A stretch of DNA of 42,433 bases. Origin: a virus (lineage: Duplodnaviria > Caudoviricetes). The stretch spans positions 1 to 42,433 of the IMG/VR virus record IMGVR_UViG_3300017647_000148. The stretch is one strand, 5' to 3'. A program made the translations under genes and the position numbers. Positions 33,367 to 42,433 of the stretch are shown here, one piece after another. The notes beneath the pieces were generated by a model. That model made no database searches, was not told the DNA's origin, and was given only the letters and a program-made list of their open reading frames with translations. Every line of letters begins with the position of its first letter. The stretch's first letter is position 1.

Positions 33367-36269
33367 GCGTGCTGATCTATCTGTATCGAGCACCGGACCA
33401 GAAGCGCGAAGATCGCTTCGTGGAGGATGTGCCTGCCTTCCTGCGTCAAGAGTTCGGCCGCCGGTTTCCGGCTGGTGGTCGCATCATGGACGTGACCACC
33501 GGCAACGTGGTTACGCCGCGCGTTCCTGCCGACATCGAGCGGCTTCGTTCGCTGCCGGGGCCCCTGGTTGTAGAGGTCTTTCCGCGAGGACCGGAGACGT
33601 GGACGGCGCTTGCCGTGTCCCTCGCGCTTTCGACGGCGTCAATGATCTTGACGGCCATTCTGGCGCCCACGCCTCCGTCGGCGACCGCCCGGAATGTCCA
33701 ACAGGAAAGCCCCAACAACGGCCTCTCGGAGCGTACGAACGAGGCTCGTGTCAACGGCCGCATCCCGGATATCTACGGTACCGTGCGGTCCACGCCGGAC
33801 CTGCTCGCACCCACCTACAAGATCTTTCAGAACCATGTGGAGAAGGAAGTCGCGTACATGTGCGTCGGCCGGGGAGCCTATCAGGTCCACGACGCACGGG
33901 ACGATACGACGGACGCCGGGCAGATCGCTGGAATGTCGGTCGAGGTTTATGGGCCGAACACGTCCCCGAACAGTGGCGATCCGCCACAGCTGCGCATCGG
34001 CGACCCGATTGGCATCCCGCTGCTCGCGCCCAAGCGGGTAGGGGCCGTCAATGGGCAAACGCTGCTACCCCAAGATGCGGGGCGCGTCGTGCGTGCGCTC
34101 ACGCGCTTCGAATCGCCGAACGTGGTTCGGCTGCTCGGCACGGGCGCTGACTATGCTGATCTGTTCGTGCCGGGTGACACAGTGGTCATCACCGAGGCTG
34201 CGCAGACCCAAGGGACGTTCACCTACTCGCTGGGCCCGGACGAGGCTCGGTTCAGGGCTGACGCGGGATTGGAGCCCGAGTGGGGCGAGGTGATCTTCCC
34301 CGGGGATCACAGCGCCGACTGGGGTGGCGGCATGGTGATGACCGTCACGAACGGGACGATCCATTGGACGCAGAATACCGGCGGGGAGGCCAGCGAGGAC
34401 TATGAGGTCTACGGCAATGTCAATGGCGTTTATCCAGTGCTGTACTCGGCCTTCGACTCTGTCCTGGCCGAGACCACCGTCCGGCTCGACATCACAAGCA
34501 ACAGCGGCGCCTGGAGCGCCTTCCGCAACCGGGTGTCGGAGGTGCGGGGCGGCCCGACACTGAGCCGCCCGTCCGGCGTGGTTCAGTTCGACCTGTCCGG
34601 CACGTACGTGGTGAACACCGTCACTTCGACCACGCTGACCCTGAACAACCCCGCGGCCGTCAACCCCGGCTGGGATGTCATGCAGAACGACTATGGCGGC
34701 CAGTCACAGGCGTTGCGTCCGGTGATCGTCACTACCGGTGAGCGGTGGATCGGTTGGTTCACCATGACCTCGATCAAGCCCATTGACGAGATCATTTCCA
34801 ACGTCGTCGCCCTGAACGGCCTGTATGCCGACAATGGCGAAGCGCAGAGCCGTCGGGACGTGTCGTATCGCATCGAGGCGCAGCGCCTGGATGCGAACAA
34901 CCAGCCGGTCGGCGCAATCCAGACTTACGACCGCACCATCAATGGGTCCGCCACGACGAAGTCCACGCGCGCCGATACGCTGCGGGTGGCGCTAGGGGGC
35001 ACCGCCAGCACCCGGTGGCGCTTCCGCGCCCGGCGGCTCACCGCCACCGATGACGACTTCGAAGGCTCCGTGGTGGACGAAATCAAGTGGCGGGACCTCT
35101 ACGTGGCGTCGCATGTGGCGCAATCCCATTTCGGGGATATCACCACCGTGCAGGCGGTGACGTTCGCCACCGATGGCGCCCTGGCAATAAAGGAGCGCAA
35201 GCTCAATATGCTGGTCACCCGCATGCTGCCTCGGCGCAACCCGGACGGCAGTTTCACGCCCGAGCTCTACCCGACGAACGATGTGGCTGACATCCTGTCG
35301 GCCATCTGCCTGGACCCCAAGATCGGCAACCGCTCGGCCGCCGAGGTCGATTTCGACAACTTCTACCAGACAGCGCAGGAGATCCGCGACTACTTCGGCG
35401 TGGACGTGGCGCAGTTCAACTACACCATCGATTCGGACAATCTTAGTTTCGAAGAGACGCTGACGATGATTGCCGAGGCGGTGTATTGCAAGCCATATAG
35501 GCGGGGGAGCGTTATCCGCCTGTTCTTCGAGCGGGAGACGGAGGATAGCGCGATCCTCTTCAACCACCGCAACAAGGTGCCGGGTAGCGAGCAGCGCACG
35601 GACCAATGCGGGCCGCCCGAAGGGTATGACGGCGTCGAGTACCAGTGGATCGATCCCGACAACGATGCGCCCACGACCATCTATCTGCCGGAGGACCGCA
35701 CGGCGGTCAATCCCAAGCGTGTCGAGTCGGTCGGGGTGCGAATCTATGAGCAGGCCTACCTGCATGCGCATCGCATCTGGAACAAGATCCAGCACCAGGA
35801 CGAAGTGGCCGAGTTCGACGCGTTGCCGGAGGCCAATCTACTGACCGTCAGCGAGCGCATCCTCTGTGCCGACAATACGCGCGGCTATCAGCAGGATGGC
35901 GAAATCGTCGAGGTGGCTGAGGGCAACCCGCGCCTGGTCCGGCTCTCGCAGCCCTTCGAATGGCAAGACGGCGTCGCGTACCAGATATTCATCCAAAACA
36001 GCGACCGCCGTGTCGAATCGATGGGTGTGGAGAGCGGGGGTAGTCCGCGCTGGGCGTTGCTGGAGCGCGTGCCTCGCACCCCGATCATCCTGCGCAACGA
36101 GGGCTACAACCCGACCGGCTACATCATTGGGCTCGGTGCCAGCTCGCGGCCGGCGCGGCCCTTCCTGGTCGATGAGAAGGGCCAGCCGAACGACGACGAG
36201 ACCATCCCCATCAAGGCTATCAACTACGACGCCAGGTACTACGCAAACGACCTGGATTTTCACGCCTGA
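33363..36269 (+). CDS. Central tail hub / host-specificity protein
   Basis: RIPDIYGTVRSTPDL, ERKLN, LFNHRNK and AINYDARYY; 968 aa. Confidence 0.8.
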   Translation: MSVLIYLYRAPDQKREDRFVEDVPAFLRQEFGRRFPAGGRIMDVTTGNVVTPRVPADIERLRSLPGPLVVEVFPRGPETWTALAVSLALSTASMILTAILAPTPPSATARNVQQESPNNGLSERTNEARVNGRIPDIYGTVRSTPDLLAPTYKIFQNHVEKEVAYMCVGRGAYQVHDARDDTTDAGQIAGMSVEVYGPNTSPNSGDPPQLRIGDPIGIPLLAPKRVGAVNGQTLLPQDAGRVVRALTRFESPNVVRLLGTGADYADLFVPGDTVVITEAAQTQGTFTYSLGPDEARFRADAGLEPEWGEVIFPGDHSADWGGGMVMTVTNGTIHWTQNTGGEASEDYEVYGNVNGVYPVLYSAFDSVLAETTVRLDITSNSGAWSAFRNRVSEVRGGPTLSRPSGVVQFDLSGTYVVNTVTSTTLTLNNPAAVNPGWDVMQNDYGGQSQALRPVIVTTGERWIGWFTMTSIKPIDEIISNVVALNGLYADNGEAQSRRDVSYRIEAQRLDANNQPVGAIQTYDRTINGSATTKSTRADTLRVALGGTASTRWRFRARRLTATDDDFEGSVVDEIKWRDLYVASHVAQSHFGDITTVQAVTFATDGALAIKERKLNMLVTRMLPRRNPDGSFTPELYPTNDVADILSAICLDPKIGNRSAAEVDFDNFYQTAQEIRDYFGVDVAQFNYTIDSDNLSFEETLTMIAEAVYCKPYRRGSVIRLFFERETEDSAILFNHRNKVPGSEQRTDQCGPPEGYDGVEYQWIDPDNDAPTTIYLPEDRTAVNPKRVESVGVRIYEQAYLHAHRIWNKIQHQDEVAEFDALPEANLLTVSERILCADNTRGYQQDGEIVEVAEGNPRLVRLSQPFEWQDGVAYQIFIQNSDRRVESMGVESGGSPRWALLERVPRTPIILRNEGYNPTGYIIGLGASSRPARPFLVDEKGQPNDDETIPIKAINYDARYYANDLDFHA

Positions 36270-36291
36270 GCGCACACCACTTTGACCAATC

Positions 36292-36319
36292 GCCCCGCCT
36301 TCGAGCGGGGCTTTTTATT
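36292..36319 (+). terminator. Rho-independent terminator
   Basis: GCCCCGC-CTTCGA-GCGGGGC followed by TTTTT. Confidence 0.75.
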
Positions 36320-36330
36320 GCGAGTCTTAC

Positions 36331-38586
36331 ATGGCTTACATCACCGCGAAAGAGCTGGAAGAAGCCAGCCAGGATGCTGGGACGCTGGACAAGTTCGCCA
36401 ATGATCCGGCGGGCGTTCCGAACATCAACCGGGTGGGGAATGACGTCGAAAACATGATGACGTTGCGCAAGCGGATGCTGGATGCTGCGGCTGACGTGGC
36501 TAACCGCAAGGTGTACCTGACCGAGGCGGAAATGCTGGCTGACACCTCTCAGCCCATCAATACGCCCGCGCGCGTGGAGACCGGATCGGGGGCTGGCGAC
36601 TACATCATGACAGCGGAAGGATGGGTGTGGTCGGATGTACAGCCGGCTAATGCGGAGCAAGTGGCGCGGATCGAGCAGACGGTACAGGACATCCCCGTGT
36701 ACACCAGCCCTCGCCAGTTCATCCCTGGCATGCGCGGTGTGTTCGTCGATTCGTCGAGCAAGTCGCCGGCAGCCTTCGATGACAGCGGCAAATTCTGGGC
36801 TGCCATGCGCGTGATGCCGTGGGGCGCGAATGGAAAGGCGTTCGAAGGCGGCCCGAACTTCTCAATCGGCAACGATTGGTCGGTAACGATGGCCCCCTTT
36901 GCAACTGTCACCATTCCGCCGATTGGCTATCGGTGGTTTATCGGCGACGGGCGTGGCGCGATGGCCATCGGCCTGAAGGATAACGGCAATGTATTCATCG
37001 GCAAGTTGGAAGGTTATCCGACTCCCGCCGAGTTTTCGGCGCTGCAGCAGGCCGTTGACGTGATTGAACAGCAGATCGACAGTTCGTCGTCGCCGGTAGA
37101 GCAACAAGAGGCGCCGTTCGCTGAAGACAACAAGATCAAACTGTTCAGCGCGGAGGGCACGCAGGAGCTTTTCGATGCTACGCCGCTCACGATACAGGCG
37201 CAGGCGACGCCGTACTGGCATCAAAAGGGCATCGTGGTCGCGCTCAACAAGCCGTTGATGGCCCCGGTCGCACCTTACGTGATTACGAAGCGCCGCACCG
37301 GCGTCAATACCATCGGCAACATGCTTGTGCCCGGCGGCAAGTATATGTTCATCTGGCCGAGCACTGGCCAATCAAACGACATGGGTGCACTGGGTCAGCC
37401 CCTGATCCCCCCGTTCGATCAGCCGTTCGAGCCCAACGCATTCATGCTCAACGGGACTGGTACGCCTCAGCACAACACCGGCGTGCGACTGGTGCCAGAC
37501 ACCGGCACCGTCGGCAATGAACCGGTCTATGACCCGGCCACCGCTACCGACTTCATCCCCCTGGTGAGCACGGCGTTCGGCAGCCGTGGCGTCTCCCACA
37601 TGGAAGGGTTCGCCGCCCAGATGCACCGCATCTATCGTGAACGCCTCGGCTTCGATGTGCCCAGTGTCTACGTCACAGGCGGATTTGGTGGGCGTCTGCA
37701 GGTGGATCTTGCCGAAGGCACGATTCCGTTCGAGAACCTCATCAAAGGCATTCAGCGCGCCTGCGAAATTGCCCGCGCGAAGGGATATATCCCCATCGTG
37801 CCGGCGGTCCTGGTCGTTCATGGCGAATCTGACTCGGCCCGGGCTGTCTACATGGACGGAATCGTTTCCTGGCAGACGAGCTACGAGGCACGAATCAAGG
37901 CCATCACGGGCCAACTGGGAAGCATCCCGTTCATTTGCAGCCAGGCCAGCACCTTCAGCGTGACCACCGGAACGCCCATCCAGAACCGCGCACGCTATGG
38001 CGTGCTCGCGCCGTTCGCAGCGTCGCGGCTCCATCCCGGGAAGTTCTATGTGGCCGGGTCGTACTACACGCTGCCAATGAACAGCGATTACCTGCATCTG
38101 ACCAATGTTGGCCATTTCAAGAATGGCGAGAATCTGGCCTTCGCCGCAGAGGCTGCGGTATTCGGGCAGCGCGAAATGGGCGGATTCGAGCCTACGGTGG
38201 CAGCGCCGCTGAGCATCATCGATTCGCAGACGGTGAGGCTTAGCTCGCTGCCAATGGTCGGCTCCCCTGTGCTGGATGATACCCATCCGCTGAATCCGCC
38301 CAACCCCGACGGCGGCCATGGGTTCGAGTTCTTCGACGGCGAAACTGGGGAGACCGTGCCCGTCATCGATTTCGACATCGATGGCCGCGACTTGATCATT
38401 CGCGCCGAGACCGCGATACCCGAAGGCCAGTATCGCGGCCTGGGCTATGCGCTGAAGGGATACAACAACCCGAAAGCGGCCGGAGAGCAAGGCCGTGGGC
38501 AGATACGCGATGAGCGAGGCACGCTGTCCGTGTTGGATGGGCAGCCGCTGCATACCTGGATGCCACATTTTCTGATCAGTTTCTAA
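36331..38586 (+). CDS. Tail spike/fibre with SGNH (O-acetylesterase-like) domain
   Basis: N-terminal virion anchor; GQSN, HGESD and DYLH blocks. Confidence 0.75.
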   Translation: MAYITAKELEEASQDAGTLDKFANDPAGVPNINRVGNDVENMMTLRKRMLDAAADVANRKVYLTEAEMLADTSQPINTPARVETGSGAGDYIMTAEGWVWSDVQPANAEQVARIEQTVQDIPVYTSPRQFIPGMRGVFVDSSSKSPAAFDDSGKFWAAMRVMPWGANGKAFEGGPNFSIGNDWSVTMAPFATVTIPPIGYRWFIGDGRGAMAIGLKDNGNVFIGKLEGYPTPAEFSALQQAVDVIEQQIDSSSSPVEQQEAPFAEDNKIKLFSAEGTQELFDATPLTIQAQATPYWHQKGIVVALNKPLMAPVAPYVITKRRTGVNTIGNMLVPGGKYMFIWPSTGQSNDMGALGQPLIPPFDQPFEPNAFMLNGTGTPQHNTGVRLVPDTGTVGNEPVYDPATATDFIPLVSTAFGSRGVSHMEGFAAQMHRIYRERLGFDVPSVYVTGGFGGRLQVDLAEGTIPFENLIKGIQRACEIARAKGYIPIVPAVLVVHGESDSARAVYMDGIVSWQTSYEARIKAITGQLGSIPFICSQASTFSVTTGTPIQNRARYGVLAPFAASRLHPGKFYVAGSYYTLPMNSDYLHLTNVGHFKNGENLAFAAEAAVFGQREMGGFEPTVAAPLSIIDSQTVRLSSLPMVGSPVLDDTHPLNPPNPDGGHGFEFFDGETGETVPVIDFDIDGRDLIIRAETAIPEGQYRGLGYALKGYNNPKAAGEQGRGQIRDERGTLSVLDGQPLHTWMPHFLISF

Positions 38587-38596
38587 GGAGCACATT

Positions 38597-39409
38597 ATGC
38601 CCACCGCATGGCTTGTGACTGGCCCCCCGTTCGACAATCCTCTTTTGCCGGTAGCGCCGATCTTTGTCGCCGATGGCTTGGAAGCGGCCTTCCGCATCCG
38701 TGATAGCCAGGATTCGCTGGTTGATCTCAGCGGCAATGGCACCACGCTGACACAGGTGGGTGCGCCGGCGCCGGTCCTCGGGAGTCTCGGGCCGCTCGTC
38801 GGCAACCCCATGGGCTGGAGGCTCAGCAAAACCGAAACGCCATCGTTCACCCTCGTGGCGGCCTTTCGCACCGAGTACGAGCTGGCCACACCGGCCGGCG
38901 GCACGATGCAGGTCGTTGGCTCGCTCAGCACCACGGACACGAGCGGGATGGGGTTGCAACAGGGGGTGTATTCCGGCACTACGGAAGACCCCACGGCACG
39001 GCTGCAGATGTCCGCGTCGTACTACAACTCGGCCAACTCGATTGTCAATCCCCGGGGTAGCCGCATCGCGCTGCCGGTGCCCGGCTTCCCGTATGCCAGT
39101 CCGTGGCAATGGGTGGCGATCACGTACGACGATGCAACCCGGTCGATTCGTATCTACGAGCCGAAGAAAGGGCTGAACACCGGCCATACCGCGCAAACCA
39201 ACTGGCGGCGAGGCGGCAACTGGCACATCGGATATCGCATTGGCCAAGGTGATGTGAATGGGCCGATGCGCGCTCGTGTACCCGAAGCGCTCTTCTATAG
39301 CCGCGTGCTGACCGAGCTGGAAGTGATGCAACAGTTCGCTCTCAGCGAAGGCTACCTGAACTCCATCGGCATCACGCTCGCTGATCAGCCCGCCATCGCT
39401 GATATGTGA
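38597..39409 (+). CDS. LamG/concanavalin A-like tail-associated protein
   Basis: DLSGNG, WQWVAITYD, IRIY and FYSRVLT. Confidence 0.6.
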   Translation: MPTAWLVTGPPFDNPLLPVAPIFVADGLEAAFRIRDSQDSLVDLSGNGTTLTQVGAPAPVLGSLGPLVGNPMGWRLSKTETPSFTLVAAFRTEYELATPAGGTMQVVGSLSTTDTSGMGLQQGVYSGTTEDPTARLQMSASYYNSANSIVNPRGSRIALPVPGFPYASPWQWVAITYDDATRSIRIYEPKKGLNTGHTAQTNWRRGGNWHIGYRIGQGDVNGPMRARVPEALFYSRVLTELEVMQQFALSEGYLNSIGITLADQPAIADM

Positions 39410-39427
39410 TTTGACGGCCAAGCCATA

Positions 39428-39451
39428 GCCCGCTTCGGCGGGCATTTTTTT
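39428..39451 (+). terminator. Rho-independent terminator
   Basis: GCCCGC-TTCG-GCGGGC followed by ATTTTTTT. Confidence 0.8.
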
Positions 39452-39460
39452 GGAGCATTC

Positions 39461-40006
39461 ATGCTGCAGAAGGATTTCGAGAGAGCAGCGATGCTCTCTC
39501 CTGCGCGCGCGGCCAAATGGTACGACGCCGTCGAGCGTTCGATGATGGAGTTCGCCATCGTTTCGCCTCTGCGGGCGGCCATGTTCATCGCGACGTTGGG
39601 CCATGAGTCGTCCGGCTTTGTCCACACCAGGGAGCTGTGGGGGCCGACGCCCGCGCAACTGCGGTACGAGGGCCGGAAGGACCTGGGCAACACGGAGCCC
39701 GGCGACGGCTTCAGGTTTCGTGGGCGCGGCCTGATCCAGGTCACGGGCCGGGCCAATTACCAGGCCCTGTCCAATGGCCTGGGGGTGGATTACGTAGGTC
39801 ACCCCGAGTGGCTGGAGCGGCCCGTAGATGCTGCGAGGGGAAGCGGCTGGTGGTGGCTCAGCAATGGCTGTAACGAGATCGCCGATACCGGCGATTTTTT
39901 ACGCCTGTCGATCAAGGTCAACGGCCGCAACGCCAATGGCCTGCCGAACGGCTGGGAAGACCGGCAACGCAGATTCGAGGCGGCACGCGCTGCATTGGGG
40001 GCTTGA
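39461..40006 (+). CDS. Endolysin, glycoside hydrolase family 19
   Basis: HESSGF, GDGFRFRGRGLIQVTGRANY and NGWEDR. Confidence 0.93.
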   Translation: MLQKDFERAAMLSPARAAKWYDAVERSMMEFAIVSPLRAAMFIATLGHESSGFVHTRELWGPTPAQLRYEGRKDLGNTEPGDGFRFRGRGLIQVTGRANYQALSNGLGVDYVGHPEWLERPVDAARGSGWWWLSNGCNEIADTGDFLRLSIKVNGRNANGLPNGWEDRQRRFEAARAALGA

Positions 40007-40359
40007 TGGACGACTTCCTGGCCAACACCGTGAAGTACCTCTTCGGCGGCGGTCTGGCCGGCTCGGTCGCCGCTCTGGGGATCTGGCTCGCCCGCAAGAT
40101 GTGGCGGGGCGACCAGATAGCGAATGCCGACGCGACTGGGAATATCACCGCCGTCGATAGACTCCTGCGGATCCTCGACGAGCGCCAGGAAGAGTCGGCC
40201 GCCCTGCGGGCCGCGCTGGTCGAGGCCAACGCGCGCGTGGACCGCGCCTACAAGGAACGCAACGAGATGCTGCTGGAGCTGGGGAAGGTCAAGGCCGAGT
40301 TGGCCGAATTGAAGGCCGAGATTCGGCTGCTGCGAGGGTCCCATGTCCCGACTGCGTAA
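40006..40359 (+). CDS. Holin-like protein (single TM plus coiled coil)
   Basis: Gly-rich TM segment then heptad coil; within the lysis cassette. Confidence 0.55.
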   Translation: MDDFLANTVKYLFGGGLAGSVAALGIWLARKMWRGDQIANADATGNITAVDRLLRILDERQEESAALRAALVEANARVDRAYKERNEMLLELGKVKAELAELKAEIRLLRGSHVPTA

Positions 40360-40801
40360 ATGGTTCTACCGCAACTTCGACCTGGTGATGAACTGCCGGC
40401 GATGGGCGGTCCTGCTGCTGATTGTCATCAGCTCGGGCGTCGCCGGCGCCATGTTCGCGAACTTCATGACGGCTTCATACCTGGCGCAGCAGCGCCAGGA
40501 CCAGCTGGCCGAGGTCCAGCGCCTGCAGGACATCAACCGGCAGTTGATGCTGATCATCCAGGAGCGATTGCCGGCAATCGCCGGAACCGCTGACAGCGCC
40601 GCGCAGACGGCCAGAGAGGCGGCGGATGTGGCGAAGGGCGCGGCCCAGGCCGCATCCGGGGCAGGGGCCACCGCCCGATCCGCGTCGGCCAAGGCGCAGC
40701 GTGCCGCCTCGACAGCGGAGAAGGCAGCAAACACCCTGAACGACGCCCTGGAGCCGCCTGCAGCGCCCAGGGAGGCCCCGAAATGGCTGGACGGACCATG
40801 A
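40343..40801 (+). CDS. Membrane protein of the lysis cassette
   Basis: TM segment plus Ala-rich coil. Confidence 0.55.
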   Translation: MSRLRKWFYRNFDLVMNCRRWAVLLLIVISSGVAGAMFANFMTASYLAQQRQDQLAEVQRLQDINRQLMLIIQERLPAIAGTADSAAQTAREAADVAKGAAQAASGAGATARSASAKAQRAASTAEKAANTLNDALEPPAAPREAPKWLDGP

Positions 40802-41325
40802 CCATGCAAGTCATCAATGCCCTGACGGGGTGGAAGGGCTACCTCGCGGCGGCCGCAATAGGGGCGGCCCTGATCGTGGCCGGGGCCGTCGCCTGGAGTT
40901 GGCGATGGTCGTCGGGATACGACGCTGGCCATGCGGCGGCATTGGCGGAGGTACAGATCCAACAGGCCGCCATCGAGCGCGGCATCGAATCGGAGAGAGC
41001 ACGTGCTGACGCTCAATATCGCGGCCAAGTCCTGGCCCGCCAACAATTGGAAAAGAACCTTGCGGAGGCTGAGCGTCAGCGCGTTGCTGCCGCTACTCGT
41101 CTGCGCGGGCTGCTCAAACGCTATTCCGACCGTACCACGCATCCCGCCACCGGCGCAGGACCTCATGCGGCCGGTCCCGACTGGATCGGAATATTTGGAG
41201 AGTGTGTCGCCCGAGCTGAAAGCCTTGGACGACGACTTGGCCAGGTGGGAGCGGATGCTGCAGAATTCGCTGACACCGTGAACGGTTTACAGGGGTACGC
41301 CAGGGCTATCCAGCGGGCGCGCTAG
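40798..41325 (+). CDS. i-spanin (Rz-like)
   Basis: N-terminal TM, coiled coil, C-terminal GLQGYAR. Confidence 0.7.
   Translation: MTMQVINALTGWKGYLAAAAIGAALIVAGAVAWSWRWSSGYDAGHAAALAEVQIQQAAIERGIESERARADAQYRGQVLARQQLEKNLAEAERQRVAAATRLRGLLKRYSDRTTHPATGAGPHAAGPDWIGIFGECVARAESLGRRLGQVGADAAEFADTVNGLQGYARAIQRAR
41003..41281 (+). CDS. Embedded o-spanin lipoprotein (Rz1-like)
   Basis: Alternate frame inside Rz; lipobox LLVCAG-C then Pro-rich PRIPPPAQDLMRP; start uncertain. Confidence 0.65.
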   Translation: MLTLNIAAKSWPANNWKRTLRRLSVSALLPLLVCAGCSNAIPTVPRIPPPAQDLMRPVPTGSEYLESVSPELKALDDDLARWERMLQNSLTP

Positions 41326-41696
41326 CGCTTCCTGGCCTTCCTCTTCGGCACCTTGATCGGCTCGGGCGGCCCGACGAATGTGCCATATTCCTTGAAGTGG
41401 GCCTTGAATCCCTCCGCGCTGGGATACTTCCGCCGTTCCTTTTCCGCCATCACCCTAGCCCAGCGCACGGCCGGCTCTTCGTTCAGGACCAGCATGCAGC
41501 TGTTATGTGCCAGCGTCCCCCGGTAGCTGAGATCTTCGGGCGCGTGATTGACGTACCCAAGGTGAAGGTCGAATGACTCCAGCACCCGATGCAGCCGCCG
41601 GATCTCCCAAAGCAATCGCACGACGACCGGGTTTCCTCGGTTGGCTTCCTGGATGGCTCTCAGTTCGCCGATGGTTAGGGCGGGACGCAGGGGCAT
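41322..41696 (-). CDS. LexA-controlled small protein
   Basis: MPLRPALTIGELRAIQ...LLWEIRRLH; SOS box 15 nt upstream of the ATG. Confidence 0.7.
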   Translation of the reverse strand: MPLRPALTIGELRAIQEANRGNPVVVRLLWEIRRLHRVLESFDLHLGYVNHAPEDLSYRGTLAHNSCMLVLNEEPAVRWARVMAEKERRKYPSAEGFKAHFKEYGTFVGPPEPIKVPKRKARKR

Positions 41697-41711
41697 GGCA
41701 ACGCAATATAA

Positions 41712-41727
41712 CTGTATAGACATACAG
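41712..41727. promoter_or_regulatory. LexA (SOS) box
   Basis: CTGTATAGACATACAG matches CTG-N10-CAG with an AT-alternating spacer. Confidence 0.9.
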
Positions 41728-41789
41728 TATAGGCGCGCCTAAAATCGGTGCCAGATTCGGGGTGTAGTTACATTTCCGGGGTGGCGACG

Positions 41790-41987
41790 ATGAGCGAATC
41801 CGAGTGGCGGCAGGTCGACGATTACTACTGGCAGGGTCCGCCGGGCTGGACGATCTGCCGGGTCTGGGTCAACGGCGGCTACCAGCATGAGTTGTGGCTG
41901 AGCCGCGGCGACACCTGCCGGCTGGTCGGTTCTCGGTCGTCATTGGCGGCCGCCGTCGAGCTATTCGAACAGCAGCCGAAGGGGTAG
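41790..41987 (+). CDS. Small Trp-rich hypothetical protein
   Basis: MSESEWRQVDDYYW; a second copy is conserved at the window start. Confidence 0.65.
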   Translation: MSESEWRQVDDYYWQGPPGWTICRVWVNGGYQHELWLSRGDTCRLVGSRSSLAAAVELFEQQPKG

Positions 41988-41989
41988 CG

Positions 41990-42433
41990 TTACCTGGGCT
42001 CGGGCGTGGCCACGAGCGCGTCGGCCGGGTAGGGTTGCAGGAAGTCGCGGGTGTCCGCAGGACCGGCCTCCAGCCAGTCCTTGTAGGACTCGTCCGACAA
42101 AATGACCACCATGCGCTTTTCCTTGCCTGCCTGGTGGTAGTCCTTGAACAGCGGGTGCGCGTCGGCGTTGATGGTCAGCATGGTGTAGGAGAGCTGCCAG
42201 TTGCCGGCGGCGTCCTTGTAGCGATCCCACAGGCCGGCAATACCCATGGGCGCGCCGTCGGCCCGCGTGAAGCGGGTGGCCACGGCTTTCCCCGACCGCC
42301 AGTCGGGCTCGTAGATCGCCTCAGCCGGGATGATGCAGTGCTGGCCCTTGCGCCAGGCGTTGCCGAAGGTGAACGATTTGTGGGCCGTTTCCGACCGGGC
42401 GTTGAACGTGGACAGCTTCTCAGCCTTGGCCAG
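41990..42433 (-). CDS. SRAP peptidase, second allele (5' end beyond the window)
   Basis: FNARSET, CIIPAEAIYEPDWRSGKAVATRF and KRMVVIL. Confidence 0.88.
   Translation of the reverse strand: MAKAEKLSTFNARSETAHKSFTFGNAWRKGQHCIIPAEAIYEPDWRSGKAVATRFTRADGAPMGIAGLWDRYKDAAGNWQLSYTMLTINADAHPLFKDYHQAGKEKRMVVILSDESYKDWLEAGPADTRDFLQPYPADALVATPEPR

Noticed and set aside
19480-39802. Long antisense ORFs across the structural module (e.g. 37372-38994, 26917-28095)
   Set aside because: Shadow ORFs expected in high-GC DNA; no recognisable motifs.

Overview
A near-complete (~41 kb), GC-rich temperate siphophage with HK97-type head and lambdoid organisation; a betaproteobacterial host is a guess only. Left to right: the end of a related phage copy (SRAP gene), an attP-like site with the 3' half of tRNA-Asn, integrase/xis, a leftward early operon, a cI/cro switch with five TAGCGC-N-GCGCTA operators, cII, primase-VapE helicase plus iteron origin, Q-like gene, a tRNA-Met, head, tail and lysis modules, a LexA-boxed gene and a second, different SRAP allele. 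Main result: an intact diversity-generating retroelement (RT, avd, 104-bp TR) in the EARLY operon. Its two targets are small, stand-alone, apparently cytoplasmic DUF1566-like paralogues, not tail fibres. All 24 TR/VR mismatches fall on TR adenines, and one target is the first gene behind the repressor-controlled leftward promoter. Second result: a glycosyltransferase/methyltransferase cassette next to the capsid gene, whose first enzyme lacks a start codon for its N-terminal motif and appears reachable only by a -1 frameshift. All family calls come from motif recognition by eye; no database searches were run.
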